Part shown: positions 39,841 through 51,103 of the stretch, piece by piece
How the letters are laid out: the number at the start of each line of letters is the position of its first letter
Numbering within the stretch: position 1 is the stretch's first letter
Assembly (NCBI GenBank): GCA_947589645.1
Contig: CANQCG010000004.1
Coordinates: 1-61,723, forward strand
Source: an uncultured Clostridia bacterium
GTDB taxonomy: Bacteria > Bacillota > Clostridia > TANB77 > CAG-508
Reading direction: 5' to 3'
Length of the DNA stretch: 61,723 nt
Position numbers and translations under genes: made by a program
The notes under the pieces: generated by a model
Databases searched by the model: none
What the model saw: only the letters and a program-made list of their open reading frames with translations
What the model was told of the DNA's origin: nothing

Positions 39841-42309
39841 ATGACATATAAGTTTACAACCAGAGCCAAAAAGGCGATTGAAATTGCAAATGACATTTCA
39901 TTAGATTTAGGACATAATTATATCGCAACAGAGCATATACTATATGGTTTAATAGAAGAGGGAGCGGGAATTGCAGCAAAAGTATTAGAATCACAAGGAC
40001 TAACATCTGAAAAGATAGTACAAAAGATAGAAGAGTTAATTGGAAGAGAAAGACCACAAAATCAAAGTTTAGGCTTTACGCCTCGTACCAAAAAGGTAAT
40101 AGAAAACGCTTTTATAGAAGCACGAAAATTAGGTTATGATTATATAGGAACAGAACATTTATTAATGGGAATATTAAGAGAGGCAGATAGTGCTGCAACT
40201 AGAATATTATTAGAATTAAATATAAATATTCCAAAGCTTTATAATGAAATAGCAAAAGTTATAAATGATGTAGATGACACTGATATAAGTACAAAAGATG
40301 TTTTAGACAATCGTAAACAAGGCAAAAAGCATGATCAAGCAAAAGGAAGTTACAATTCTACCCAAACATTAAATCAATTTGGAGAAGACTTAAGTATTAA
40401 AGCTACAGAAGGAAAATTAGACCCAGTTATAGGAAGAAAAGAAGAAATAGATAGAGTTATTCAAATTTTGTCCAGAAGGACAAAAAATAATCCATGTTTA
40501 GTTGGAGAGCCAGGAGTTGGTAAAACTGCAATAGTCGAAGGTTTGGCTCAGCAAATTGTTGCAGGGGAAGTGCCTGAAGTATTAAAAGGAAAAAGGGTAG
40601 TAACTTTAGACATTTCGGGAATGGTAGCTGGAAGTAAATACAGGGGCGACTTTGAAGAAAGAATGAAAAAGGCAATAAATGAAGTAAAAAAAGCTGGAGA
40701 TGTAATTTTATTTATAGATGAATTTCACACGATTGTTGGAGCAGGCTCAGCAGAAGGAGCAATTGATGCAGCAAATATTCTAAAGCCGATTTTAGCAAGA
40801 GGAGAAATACAATTAATCGGTGCAACAACTTTAACTGAATACAGAAAATTTATTGAAAAAGATAGTGCTTTAGAGAGAAGGTTTAGCCCTGTTACTGTTG
40901 CAGAGCCAACCGAAAGCGATACAATTTTAATTTTAAATGGTCTAAGAGACAAATACGAGGCACATCATAATGTAAAAATAACAGATGAAGCAATCAAGGC
41001 AGCAACAGAATTATCAGTTAGATATATAAACGACAGATTTTTACCAGACAAAGCGATAGATTTAATAGATGAAGCTGCATCCAGAGTAAGACTCAAAACT
41101 TATACAGAGCCAGATAATTTAAAGCAAATGCAAGAAGAACTTGAAGGTGTTTCAAAAGACAAAGAAGAAGCTGTAAGAAGTCAAAAATTTGAAAAGGCTG
41201 CAAGTTTAAGAGACAAAGAGAGAAAATTAAGAGAAGCCTTCCAAAAAGAAGAAGAAAAGTGGAAAAATAAAAACAATAAATCTGTTATAGATATAACTGA
41301 AGAAAACATTGCAGAAGTTATATCTTCATGGACAGGAATACCAGCAAAAAAAATAACGCAAGATGAAAATGAAAAATTAAAAAATTTAGAAGAAAGTTTG
41401 CATAAAAGAGTTATAGGGCAAGAGGAAGCTGTTGAAGCGGTAAGTAAGGCAATAAGAAGAGGAAGAGTTGGTCTAAAAGATCCAAAAAGACCAATAGGTT
41501 CGTTTCTATTTTTAGGACCAACAGGCGTCGGAAAAACAGAACTTTCTAAGGCCTTAGCAGAAGTGCTATTTGGAAACGAAGATGCACTTATAAGAATAGA
41601 TATGTCTGAATATATGGAAGCACATTCAGTATCAAAATTAATAGGTTCTCCTCCAGGCTATGTTGGCTTTGATGAAGGAGGTCAGCTTACCGAAAAAATT
41701 AGAAGAAAACCTTATTCAATAATATTATTTGACGAAATAGAAAAGGCTCATCCAGATGTAATGAACATGCTTTTACAAATATTAGAAGATGGCAGATTAA
41801 CTGACAGCCAAGGTAGAACAGTAAACTTTAAAAATACGGTTATTATAATGACTTCAAACATTGGAGCTAGATTGATTACTGATAAAAAAACATTTGGCTT
41901 TGCAAATGAAGCCCAAAGAGATGAAAGCAAAAAAGAATATGAAGAAATAAAAAAAGAAGTAATGGGAATTTTAAGAAAAGAATTAAGGCCAGAATTTATT
42001 AATCGTATTGATGAAATTATAGTATTTAAAAAATTAAATGAACAAGAAATAAGACAAATTATAGATATTATGATAAATCAAGTAATGCAAAGATTAAAAG
42101 AAAAGAAAATAAATTTAGAAGTAACTGAGAGTTTCAAAGATTTAATTGCTCAAAAAGGAACAGACAAAGCTTTTGGTGCAAGACCGCTTAGAAGAACAAT
42201 TCAAAATCTTTTAGAAGATACTTTAGCAGAAGGGATTTTAGATGGCAAAATAATTCCTGAAAAGAAGGCTATTATTGATGTAGAAGATGAAAAAGTAATA
42301 ATAAAATAG
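39841..42309 (+). CDS. clpC: ATP-dependent Clp protease ATPase ClpC
   Basis: N-terminal Clp repeats, GEPGVGKT, GPTGVGKT, GSPPGYVG, FGARPLRR. Confidence 0.96.
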   Translation: MTYKFTTRAKKAIEIANDISLDLGHNYIATEHILYGLIEEGAGIAAKVLESQGLTSEKIVQKIEELIGRERPQNQSLGFTPRTKKVIENAFIEARKLGYDYIGTEHLLMGILREADSAATRILLELNINIPKLYNEIAKVINDVDDTDISTKDVLDNRKQGKKHDQAKGSYNSTQTLNQFGEDLSIKATEGKLDPVIGRKEEIDRVIQILSRRTKNNPCLVGEPGVGKTAIVEGLAQQIVAGEVPEVLKGKRVVTLDISGMVAGSKYRGDFEERMKKAINEVKKAGDVILFIDEFHTIVGAGSAEGAIDAANILKPILARGEIQLIGATTLTEYRKFIEKDSALERRFSPVTVAEPTESDTILILNGLRDKYEAHHNVKITDEAIKAATELSVRYINDRFLPDKAIDLIDEAASRVRLKTYTEPDNLKQMQEELEGVSKDKEEAVRSQKFEKAASLRDKERKLREAFQKEEEKWKNKNNKSVIDITEENIAEVISSWTGIPAKKITQDENEKLKNLEESLHKRVIGQEEAVEAVSKAIRRGRVGLKDPKRPIGSFLFLGPTGVGKTELSKALAEVLFGNEDALIRIDMSEYMEAHSVSKLIGSPPGYVGFDEGGQLTEKIRRKPYSIILFDEIEKAHPDVMNMLLQILEDGRLTDSQGRTVNFKNTVIIMTSNIGARLITDKKTFGFANEAQRDESKKEYEEIKKEVMGILRKELRPEFINRIDEIIVFKKLNEQEIRQIIDIMINQVMQRLKEKKINLEVTESFKDLIAQKGTDKAFGARPLRRTIQNLLEDTLAEGILDGKIIPEKKAIIDVEDEKVIIK

Positions 42310-42319
42310 AGGAGAAATT

Positions 42320-42560
42320 AATATATCTTTTTCAAAAACACCCCTTTTCTACAAGCTAGCATTGTAAATTTACATAAAAATAAAATGCTAGCTTGTAGAA
42401 AAGCCATGTTTTTTGGAGGAAATATATTAATTCAAAAAATGAATCGGAGTAGAAAAGGCTGTTTTTTCAAAACAAATATATTTATTTATGTGATTTAATG
42501 TTTTTCTAGTCTAGAAATAGATAATTTTATGTAAAGCTTACGATTTCTAGACTAAAAAAG
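42320..42560. repeat. Copy 4 of modular palindromic intergenic repeat
   Basis: Inverted repeat 42345-42363 / 42384-42402; near-identical over ~240 bp to 61319-61553. Confidence 0.88.
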
Positions 42561-42633
42561 GGTTAAATCATACAAGAACAAATATAAATTCTAAAAGAAG
42601 ATTTAAAATTTTATCAAGTGCAAATAAAAATAA

Positions 42634-42662
42634 TTGACAACAATCAATAATGATGTTATACT
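42634..42662 (+). promoter_or_regulatory. SigA promoter of the thrS leader
   Basis: TTGACA-17 bp-TATACT. Confidence 0.8.
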
Positions 42663-42691
42663 ACTTTATGTAAGTGTAATATAAAAACAAG

Positions 42692-42926
42692 TAAGAGACA
42701 AGTAAAATACAGGTTACTTACAGAGAAAATAGTCATAGGCTGAGAGCTATTTAAAGCAAACGTATTTGAAAAACTACCTCTTAAAGTTCTTGGTGTATAC
42801 AAGCCAAGCGTGAAGAATACGTTATAATCTAAATTAAGTAAAAATTAGGATGGAACCGTGCTAAAATAAAAATAGATAAGTTAGCACTCCTATAGATGCA
42901 AAAGCATCTGTAGGGGTGCTTTTGTT
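42692..42926 (+). promoter_or_regulatory. T-box riboswitch (Thr)
   Basis: Stem I with AGAGA and GCTGAG boxes; specifier region GAAAAACTACC (ACT/ACC = Thr); T-box AATTAGGATGGAACCGTG at 42843-42860; terminator agcactcctatagatgc / gcatctgtaggggtgct. Confidence 0.9.
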
Positions 42927-42948
42927 AGTTTGTTAAGGGGGAATTTTT

Positions 42949-44880
42949 ATGATTAAAATTACACTAAAAGATGGTTCTATAATAGAAGTAGAACAAGGAA
43001 CGGCAATTTTAGATGTCGCAAAAAAAATCAGTGAAGGATTAGCAAGAATGGCAACATGTGCAGAAGTAGATGGAGAAGTAAAAGACTTAAGATATGTCTT
43101 AGAAAACGATTGCTCATTAAACATTTGCACATTTGAAAGTAGCCTAGAAGGAAAAAAAGCATATTGGCATACAACATCACACATAATGGCACAAGCTGTA
43201 AAAAGATTGTTTCCAAATGTAAAACTTGCAATAGGTCCAGCAATAGATGAAGGTTTTTACTATGATTTCGATACAGAAAAAACTTTTAATGACGAAGACA
43301 AAACAAAAATTGAAGAAGAAATGAAAAAAATAATTAAAGAAGACTTACCTATCGAAAGATTTACTCTTCCAAGAGAAGAAGCAATTAAATTTATGGAGTC
43401 AAAAGGTGAGCCTTACAAAGTAGAATTAATAAAAGATTTACCAGAAGGTGAACAAATCTCATTTTATAAACAAGGTGATTTTGTAGATTTGTGTGCAGGA
43501 CCACATCTAACAAGTACAGGAAAAGTAAAAGCAATAAAAATATTAAATAATTCAGGAGCATATTGGAGAGGTAGCGAGAAAAACAAAATGCTACAAAGAA
43601 TTTATGCAATATCATTTCCAAAATCAAGTAGCTTAGATGAATATTTACAATTATTAGAAGAAGCAAAAGAAAGAGATCACAGAAAAATTGGAAAAGACTT
43701 AGAATTATTTATGACACATGAATTAGTAGGAGCAGGTCTTCCACTATATTTACCAAATGGAGCAACAATAAGAAGATTGCTTGAAAGATATATTCAAGAC
43801 AAAGAAATTGAATTAGGCTATTTACATGTATATACACCATCACTTGCAAATGTCTCATTATACAAAACAAGTGGACACTGGGATCACTATAAAGAAGACA
43901 TGTTTCCAGTAATGAAAATGGAAAACGAAGAATTAGTTTTAAGACCAATGAACTGTCCACATCATATGTTAATTTACAAAAACAAAATGCATTCTTATAG
44001 AGACTTACCGATAAGAATTGGTGAACTTGCAAATGACTTTAGATATGAGGCAAGTGGAGCAGTTTGTGGAATAGAAAGAGTTCGCCAAATGTGTCAAAAT
44101 GATGCTCATCTTTTCGTAACACCAGAGCAAATAAAATCAGAAATAGAGCAAGTAGTAAGATTAATACTTTCAGTATATGAAGACTTTGGATTTAAAGAAT
44201 ATAAATTTAGATTATCTTTAAGAGATAAAAACGATAAGCACAAATATTTTGATGATGACGAAATGTGGGAAAAGGCTGAAAATGAATTAAGACAAATACT
44301 AACTGAGTTAGGTCTAGAATTTTACGAAGCAGAGGGAGAAGCAGCGTTCTATGGACCAAAACTAGATGTTCAAATAAAAACTTCATTAGGACATGATGTA
44401 ACAATATCAACATGTCAATTAGACTTTTTATTACCTCAAAGATTTGAACTAGAATATATTGGCGAAGACGGAAAGGCACATAGACCAATAGTTATTCATA
44501 GAGCAATTCTAGGATCATCAGATAGATTTATAGCATTCTTAGCAGAAGAAACAAAAGGAGCATTTCCATTATGGCTTGCACCAATGCAAGTAAAAATTTT
44601 ACCAATAACAGATGCTCAGCATGAATATGCTAAAAAATTAGAGGCTGAACTAAGAAGTCTAAAAATAAGAGTAGAAGTAGATTCAAGAAGCGAAAAAGTA
44701 GGGTATAAAATTCGTGAAGCACAACTTGAAAAAGTGCCATATATGTTAGTAGTTGGAGCAAAAGAAGTAGAGCAAAACTTAGTCGCAGTTCGTTCAAGAA
44801 AAGATGGAGACATTGGACAAATGAGCTTTGAAGAATTTAAAAACAAATTACTAAAAGAAATAGAAAATAAATCATTATAA
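42949..44880 (+). CDS. thrS: Threonine--tRNA ligase
   Basis: TGS domain, HTTSHIMAQA, DLCAGPH, RDHRKIG, PMNCPHH, FYGPKLD. Confidence 0.97.
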   Translation: MIKITLKDGSIIEVEQGTAILDVAKKISEGLARMATCAEVDGEVKDLRYVLENDCSLNICTFESSLEGKKAYWHTTSHIMAQAVKRLFPNVKLAIGPAIDEGFYYDFDTEKTFNDEDKTKIEEEMKKIIKEDLPIERFTLPREEAIKFMESKGEPYKVELIKDLPEGEQISFYKQGDFVDLCAGPHLTSTGKVKAIKILNNSGAYWRGSEKNKMLQRIYAISFPKSSSLDEYLQLLEEAKERDHRKIGKDLELFMTHELVGAGLPLYLPNGATIRRLLERYIQDKEIELGYLHVYTPSLANVSLYKTSGHWDHYKEDMFPVMKMENEELVLRPMNCPHHMLIYKNKMHSYRDLPIRIGELANDFRYEASGAVCGIERVRQMCQNDAHLFVTPEQIKSEIEQVVRLILSVYEDFGFKEYKFRLSLRDKNDKHKYFDDDEMWEKAENELRQILTELGLEFYEAEGEAAFYGPKLDVQIKTSLGHDVTISTCQLDFLLPQRFELEYIGEDGKAHRPIVIHRAILGSSDRFIAFLAEETKGAFPLWLAPMQVKILPITDAQHEYAKKLEAELRSLKIRVEVDSRSEKVGYKIREAQLEKVPYMLVVGAKEVEQNLVAVRSRKDGDIGQMSFEEFKNKLLKEIENKSL

Positions 44881-44906
44881 AAATAGTATAACCTGAAAGG
44901 AAAACT

Positions 44907-46109
44907 ATGAAAATGAAAAAAGTAGTATTTGGAATAACTAGTTTAACACTAGGAGGAGCAGAAAGAGTACTTGTAGACTTAGTAAATGAACTAAGTAAGG
45001 CAGAAGAATATAAAATAACTATATTTACAATATATGGACAAGGAGAATTTGAAAAGCAATTATCACCAAATATAAAAATACAAAGTATATATAACCACAA
45101 ATTTAATGAATTAAATAAATTGCAAAGAAAAGTAATAATACCTCTAAAAATTCTACTTGGAAAATTATCAATTTATAAAAAATTCATAAAAAATAAATAT
45201 GATGTAGAAGTAGCATTTTTAGAGGGACCAATTACAAGGATCTTTTCATGTGGAAAAGAGACTAATAAAAAAATTGCTTGGGTACATAACGATATTGCCC
45301 AAGTATTTGGTAATGGCATAAAAGCAAAATTAAAAAGAAAAATAGACAGCAAATTATATAATAAATTTAGTAAATTAATATTTGTAAGCCAAAATAACCT
45401 AGAAAGCTTTAAACAATGCTACCCAGAAAACAAAGCGCAAAAGCAAGTAATCTACAATTACATTGATAAAGAGCAAGTCTTAAAAAAAGCAAACGAGCAA
45501 GTTGTATCAGAAAGTAATAACCAAAGAGCAAACAGTCAAGCAATAACGCAAACTAGTGAAGAAACAGCAAACGAGCAAACCCTAACAGAATTTAATGAAA
45601 ACGAAATCAATTTATTAACAGTAGCACGTTTAGTACCACAAAAGGCATTAGATAGACTAATAAAAGTACATTCAAAATTAATAAAAGAAGGGTTAAAACA
45701 CAATTTGTATATAATAGGAGAAGGTCCTGAGAAGCAAAATTTAGAGCAAGCCATAAAAGATGAAAACTGTAGCGAAACAGTAAAGCTATTAGGCAAAAAA
45801 GAAAACCCATATCCATACATGAAAAAAGCAGATTATATATGTTTATTATCAAATTATGAAGGTTACCCAATGACAATAGTAGAAGCAAAAATATTAGGCA
45901 AATATATACTTATAACAGATACTGCTGCAAAAGAAACTATTAAAGACTATAATAGAAGCAAAGTATTTGAAAATTCAGAACAAGGCATATATGAGGGTCT
46001 AAAGGACATTTTACAAAATCATTCAAAATATGTAAAAGAAGCTTCAAGTAGCAACAATTATGACAATGAGCAAATAATAAATCAAGTAAAAAGAGTATTA
46101 GAAAATTAA
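44907..46109 (+). CDS. GT4 (GT-B) glycosyltransferase
   Basis: LGGAERV, AWVHND, VARLVPQK, SNYEGYPMTIVEA. Confidence 0.88.
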   Translation: MKMKKVVFGITSLTLGGAERVLVDLVNELSKAEEYKITIFTIYGQGEFEKQLSPNIKIQSIYNHKFNELNKLQRKVIIPLKILLGKLSIYKKFIKNKYDVEVAFLEGPITRIFSCGKETNKKIAWVHNDIAQVFGNGIKAKLKRKIDSKLYNKFSKLIFVSQNNLESFKQCYPENKAQKQVIYNYIDKEQVLKKANEQVVSESNNQRANSQAITQTSEETANEQTLTEFNENEINLLTVARLVPQKALDRLIKVHSKLIKEGLKHNLYIIGEGPEKQNLEQAIKDENCSETVKLLGKKENPYPYMKKADYICLLSNYEGYPMTIVEAKILGKYILITDTAAKETIKDYNRSKVFENSEQGIYEGLKDILQNHSKYVKEASSSNNYDNEQIINQVKRVLEN

Positions 46110-46190
46110 AAATTATAGAGCAAGTAAAAAGAAAATTAGAAAATTAAAAATTATAGAACAAGTAAAAAGAGTATTACAAAATTAAAAATG
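46083..46190. repeat. 38-bp tandem repeat x3 including the GT4 gene 3' end
   Basis: caagtaaaaaga... recurs at 46083, 46121 and 46159. Confidence 0.8.
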
Positions 46191-46235
46191 TAAGAAAGGA
46201 AAAAGTTAGTATTGCACTAACAATGGTGATAGCTT

Positions 46236-47117
46236 ATGAAACTATCAATTCTAACTGCAACATACAATAGAGCCACATTCTTAGAAAAATTATATAACAG
46301 CATTTTAGAAAATTTAGAAAGTGGACTTGATGTGGAATGGCTCATAATGGATGATGGTTCAACAGATAATACTTCTAATAAGGTACAAGAATTCATTAAT
46401 CAGAAACAAATAGAGATAAAATATAATTATCAACAAAATCAAGGAAAAATGTCGGCCATAAATAATTTAATGCAATTTGTAACTGGAGATTTAGTTGTAG
46501 ACTGCGATTCGGACGATTACTTTACACAAGATGCATTTAAAATAATAAAAGAAGAGTTTCAAATAACTTCCAAAGAAGGATTATATGCAATATGCTTTTT
46601 AAAAAATAAACAAGATGGAACAGTAGATGGTACAAGCTTTAAAAATGAGTTTAGCACTATGTTTGATTTATATTTTAAGGAAAAGGCGACTGGTGAAAAA
46701 ATTTTAGTCTATTATGCAGATGTTAGAAAACGATATAAACATGAACTAGAAAATAATGAAAAATTTATAACAGAAGCAAGAATGTACCATAAAATAGACG
46801 AAAATTTTAAAATGAAATGTGTAAATAAACCGATAATAATAGGTGATTATCAAAAAGATGGGTATACTTCTAATATATTAAAAACTTTTAAAAATAGCCC
46901 TTATGGTTATTTAAAATATTTTGAAGAAATTTTGCAAAAAGATTTTAAGGGAGTTACTTGGAATAAGCGTTTATATGCTATAAAGCATTATATTTTATTT
47001 TTGACAATAACAAATGCGAAGCCTAAAATAAAGCAAATTAATAGCAACTTAAATAAAATTCTATTTACAATTTTATTCTTACCAGGAAAATTAAAAACAA
47101 AAATATCTTTTAAGTAA
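46236..47117 (+). CDS. GT2 family glycosyltransferase
   Basis: LTATYNR, MDDGSTD, DCDSDD. Confidence 0.88.
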   Translation: MKLSILTATYNRATFLEKLYNSILENLESGLDVEWLIMDDGSTDNTSNKVQEFINQKQIEIKYNYQQNQGKMSAINNLMQFVTGDLVVDCDSDDYFTQDAFKIIKEEFQITSKEGLYAICFLKNKQDGTVDGTSFKNEFSTMFDLYFKEKATGEKILVYYADVRKRYKHELENNEKFITEARMYHKIDENFKMKCVNKPIIIGDYQKDGYTSNILKTFKNSPYGYLKYFEEILQKDFKGVTWNKRLYAIKHYILFLTITNAKPKIKQINSNLNKILFTILFLPGKLKTKISFK

Positions 47118-47146
47118 AAACATGTTTTCTACACATAAATTTTTAA

Positions 47147-47260
47147 CTTAAAAATTAGTAACCAATACACATAATTTTGGGCTTAAAAATTAGCAACCAA
47201 TACACATAATTTTGGGCTTAAAAATTAGTAACCAATACACATAATTTTGAGCTTAAAAAA
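47147..47260. repeat. 35-bp tandem repeat x3
   Basis: cttaaaaattagYaaccaatacacataattttgRg at 47147, 47182 and 47217. Confidence 0.85.
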
Positions 47261-47418
47261 ATAAAAACTAAATACATAAAAATATTAAGCGTTTTTACCT
47301 AATGTGTAGCATTTTTTTATTAATTATGATATACTGTAAAAAATTAATAGGTAGTGGAGTCTGTGAAACAGCCATAACTGCTTAACGCAAGGATATACTG
47401 CAAAAAAATTAATAGGGA

Positions 47419-48795
47419 GTGAAGCCTATGCCAAATAAAATTAATATATTATTTTCAAGTTTTCCAGATTTTTCTGGAAATCCAAAAGCACTATATGAAT
47501 ATATAGCAAAAAATTATTCCGAAAAATTTGAGTTAATTTGGGTAATATATAATGAAGATTCAAGTGATATTTTAAAAAATATAAACGTAAAATTTGTTTT
47601 ATACAAAAGTCAAGAATATGAGCAAATTATGCAAAATATAGATATAATCTTTGATACCAATGGCGAATTACTGCGAGAAAAAAGAGAGAATCAAATTTAT
47701 GTAAACATGTGGCATGGTTCAAGCCCAAAGAAAAAAGGATATTTATTACCTATTGAAAACTTTGCAGAGCAGGACACAGATTATTATGAATTAGCACAAA
47801 TGAAAACAGACTTTGTGCTAGTACCTTCTGAATTTGCACAATTAATCTTCTCATCGGTTTTTAATATTAATTCACAAAATGTTCTTCCACTAGGATACCC
47901 AAGAGACGAATATCTATTAAAAAGTGATGGGAAAGCAAATTTACAAAAATTTACGTCATTAAATTTAGAAAAATTTAATAAAATAATTTTTTATCTTCCT
48001 ACCTTTAGAAATGGATGTAATAGAAAAGATAGCAAAAACATATTTGAAGACAATATTCTAAATATAAAACATTATGAAGAATCAGAACTAATCAAATTTT
48101 TAGAGCAAAATAATTTTTTACTAGTTATGAAAAAGCATCCAACAGAAATGAATGAAATAAATGAGATAAAAAGTGAAAACATATTAATACTTAACGAAGA
48201 AGAGTTGCAAAAAGAAAATATCACAATTTATGAAATATTAAATTCAGCAGATTTATTAATTGCAGATTATTCTTCTGTTTATGTTGAATACTTATTATTA
48301 GAAAGACCGGTTTTATTTTTGCATCAAGATATTAAAGAATACACTAAAAACAGAGGGATTATCTTACAAGATTCTAATATATGGTTTCCAGGTCCAACAG
48401 CTTTAAATTTAGAAGAATTAAAAAATAATATTTTAGAATTATTAAATAATAATACCTATTATCAAAAAGAAAGGCAAAACTTTAGAAACTTAATGTTTAA
48501 TAAAGATGTTTCAAATATTGCAAAAGATATATTTGAATATTTCTTTGATACAAATACATTTAAAATAAAGCATAAACCTTATGCTTCAATAATCAGTAAA
48601 CTTTCAAAGAAAAATATGCAATTAGTAGAAAACGAAGAAAAAGACAAAGAACAGATAGATTTATTAAATAAGCAAAATTATGAACTTTCAGAAGAACTTA
48701 CGAAGCTATATCAAGAAAGAGACATAATATTTAATTCTCGTTCTTGGAAATTATTCAATCTTGTACAAAAAATAAAGAAAGGGGTTAAGAAATGA
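47419..48795 (+). CDS. CDP-glycerol glycerophosphotransferase family (TagB/TagF-like)
   Basis: MWHGS, LGYPRD, YLPTFR, KKHP, LIADYSSVYVEY. Confidence 0.88.
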   Translation: MKPMPNKINILFSSFPDFSGNPKALYEYIAKNYSEKFELIWVIYNEDSSDILKNINVKFVLYKSQEYEQIMQNIDIIFDTNGELLREKRENQIYVNMWHGSSPKKKGYLLPIENFAEQDTDYYELAQMKTDFVLVPSEFAQLIFSSVFNINSQNVLPLGYPRDEYLLKSDGKANLQKFTSLNLEKFNKIIFYLPTFRNGCNRKDSKNIFEDNILNIKHYEESELIKFLEQNNFLLVMKKHPTEMNEINEIKSENILILNEEELQKENITIYEILNSADLLIADYSSVYVEYLLLERPVLFLHQDIKEYTKNRGIILQDSNIWFPGPTALNLEELKNNILELLNNNTYYQKERQNFRNLMFNKDVSNIAKDIFEYFFDTNTFKIKHKPYASIISKLSKKNMQLVENEEKDKEQIDLLNKQNYELSEELTKLYQERDIIFNSRSWKLFNLVQKIKKGVKK

Positions 48796-49178
48796 AAACA
48801 GTATTAACCTATGGAACATTTGATTTATTGCATTATGGTCATATAGAATTCTTAAAAAAAGCAAAACAAATGGGAGATTTTCTTGTTGTTGGAGTATCAA
48901 ATGACAAGTTTAATGAACAAAAAGGAAAAAAAGCATATTTCCCATATGAAAAAAGAAAAGCTATGATAGAAGCAATTAGATATGTAGATTTAGTAATTGA
49001 ACAAACTAGTTTTGAACAAAAAAGAGAAGATATAATCAAATATAATGTTGACATTTTAGTAAGTTCAGAAGATTGGTTAGGGCAATATGACTATTTAAGA
49101 GAATTATGCGAAGTAATCTATTTACCACGTACACCTGAAATTTCTACTACAAAAATAAAAGAAGATCTAAAACTTTAG
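48792..49178 (+). CDS. tagD: Glycerol-3-phosphate cytidylyltransferase
   Basis: YGTFDLLHYGH, RTPEISTT. Confidence 0.9.
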   Translation: MKTVLTYGTFDLLHYGHIEFLKKAKQMGDFLVVGVSNDKFNEQKGKKAYFPYEKRKAMIEAIRYVDLVIEQTSFEQKREDIIKYNVDILVSSEDWLGQYDYLRELCEVIYLPRTPEISTTKIKEDLKL

Positions 49179-49287
49179 ATGAATAATTGACAATAATATT
49201 TTTTTGAAGTATATTGAAAAACTGATATTAACTTTAAATACAATACACGTAACAATAAAAATAATAAATAATCTAGGAGGAATATTT

Positions 49288-51087
49288 GTGGAAAAAAAGA
49301 TACATTACTGTTGGTTTGGAGGAAAAAAGCTACCACGAGATGTTAAAAAATGTATAAAAACATGGAAAAAAATGTTGCCAGACTATGAAATAAAAGAGTG
49401 GAATGAGCAAAATTTTGACGTTAATATATGCCCATTTGTTAAAGAAGCTTATGAAAGTAAAAAATGGGCTTTTGTTAGTGATTATGCAAGAATATATGCC
49501 TTATATAATGAAGGTGGCATATATTTGGATACAGACATGAAAATTATAAAAGATGTTTCACATATTGTAGACAAAGATATGTTTTTAGGCTTTGAAGACA
49601 GTGGCTATATGGGAACAGCTGTAATAGGCGTAAAAGAGAAGAATAGTAAGTATTTAAAAGAAATATTAGAATATTATAATAATTTAGAACATTTTTATAT
49701 TCAAAGTATTTACAATTATGCCAACCCAATAATAATAACAAAAATTTTAAGTAAATATCCAGTAGAAATAAATAACCAAGGAATAAAAATATATGACCAA
49801 AAAATATATGTATATCCAAGAGAGTATTTTTACCCTTTAAGTTATAACTATTCAGAAAAAATATATACAGAAAATACATGTATGGTTCATTTATTTAATG
49901 GAACATGGACAAGCCCAGGAGAAAGAAGAACAATATATTTATATCGAAAATTAGGCTTAAGATTTGGAGGAATATTAAATAAATTAATTAATAAAATAGG
50001 AGATTTAAAAGCTAAAGTAATAAATAAAATCAAAAGCATTTATTTATATTTTGGAATGAAATATTCAATTTATATTAATAGAAAAAAGAGAGTAGCTAGA
50101 ATCACAAAAGAATTAGAAACTAAAAAAGAAAAATATATTGCAATATGCCATCCAGAATGGATAGGAGTAAAAAACTCAACTAAATATACATTTGCAGACA
50201 ACATGATAGAACTAAGAGAACAATATACCGAAAAAGAGGCAGAGATGATAGCACAGGCTATTGCAAATGCTGGTAAAGAGCTAGTAATATTTAATGCATT
50301 TGCAAATGGATGGGAAAAAATAATTGTGGCATTAAAAAAGATCAACCCTAAAATAAAAGTCAAATTATTAATACATGGCGGAAATGCCTTACTATCAGAG
50401 TGTTATGACTGGAATGTATTTAATATTATGTTAGACTTATACCAAAATGGAAAAGTCGATGAATTAGGTTTTGTAAAAAAGAGTTTATATGAATTTTATA
50501 AAGCAAAAGGATATAATGCAAGTTTTGTGATGAACGATATAGTAATAGAAAACAAAGATCAATATATTCCTAAACAAAAAGAAAATGAAGAGTTAAGAGT
50601 AGGCTTGTATGCTTCTGGAGACAGATGGGTAAAAAATACATATAATCAGCTAAGTGCAATCAGCTTATTTAAAAATGTTAAATTAGATTGCGTACCAATA
50701 AATGATAAAATTTCTACAATAGCAAGAAGATATGACATTAATTTAACAGGAGAAGAAAACACTGTATCAAAAGAAGAGCTATATGCAAGAATGGCACGAA
50801 ACGATATAAATGTATATGTAACATTTACAGAATGTGCTCCACTAATACCATTAGAAAGTTTAGAATTGGGAACAATATGTATAACAGGAAATAATCACCA
50901 TTATTTTGAAGGAACCGAACTCGAAAAATATCTAGTTGTAGATAAAGAAGATGACATTATGGAAATACATAATAAAATGAAATTCGCGTTAGAAAATAAA
51001 GACAAAATTCTACAATTGTATAAAGAGTGGAAAATAGAATATTCAAAGCAAGCAAAAAAAACAGTTGAAGAGTTTTTAAAAATATAA
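49288..51087 (+). CDS. GT32 (DXD, OCH1-like) glycosyltransferase fused to a second GT-like domain
   Basis: GTG start after aggagg. KIHYCWFGG, SDYARIYALYNEGGIYLDTD. C-terminal half has YVTFTECAPLIPLES. Confidence 0.8.
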   Translation: MEKKIHYCWFGGKKLPRDVKKCIKTWKKMLPDYEIKEWNEQNFDVNICPFVKEAYESKKWAFVSDYARIYALYNEGGIYLDTDMKIIKDVSHIVDKDMFLGFEDSGYMGTAVIGVKEKNSKYLKEILEYYNNLEHFYIQSIYNYANPIIITKILSKYPVEINNQGIKIYDQKIYVYPREYFYPLSYNYSEKIYTENTCMVHLFNGTWTSPGERRTIYLYRKLGLRFGGILNKLINKIGDLKAKVINKIKSIYLYFGMKYSIYINRKKRVARITKELETKKEKYIAICHPEWIGVKNSTKYTFADNMIELREQYTEKEAEMIAQAIANAGKELVIFNAFANGWEKIIVALKKINPKIKVKLLIHGGNALLSECYDWNVFNIMLDLYQNGKVDELGFVKKSLYEFYKAKGYNASFVMNDIVIENKDQYIPKQKENEELRVGLYASGDRWVKNTYNQLSAISLFKNVKLDCVPINDKISTIARRYDINLTGEENTVSKEELYARMARNDINVYVTFTECAPLIPLESLELGTICITGNNHHYFEGTELEKYLVVDKEDDIMEIHNKMKFALENKDKILQLYKEWKIEYSKQAKKTVEEFLKI

Positions 51088-51103
51088 AGAGGTAATCAAT
51101 AAA

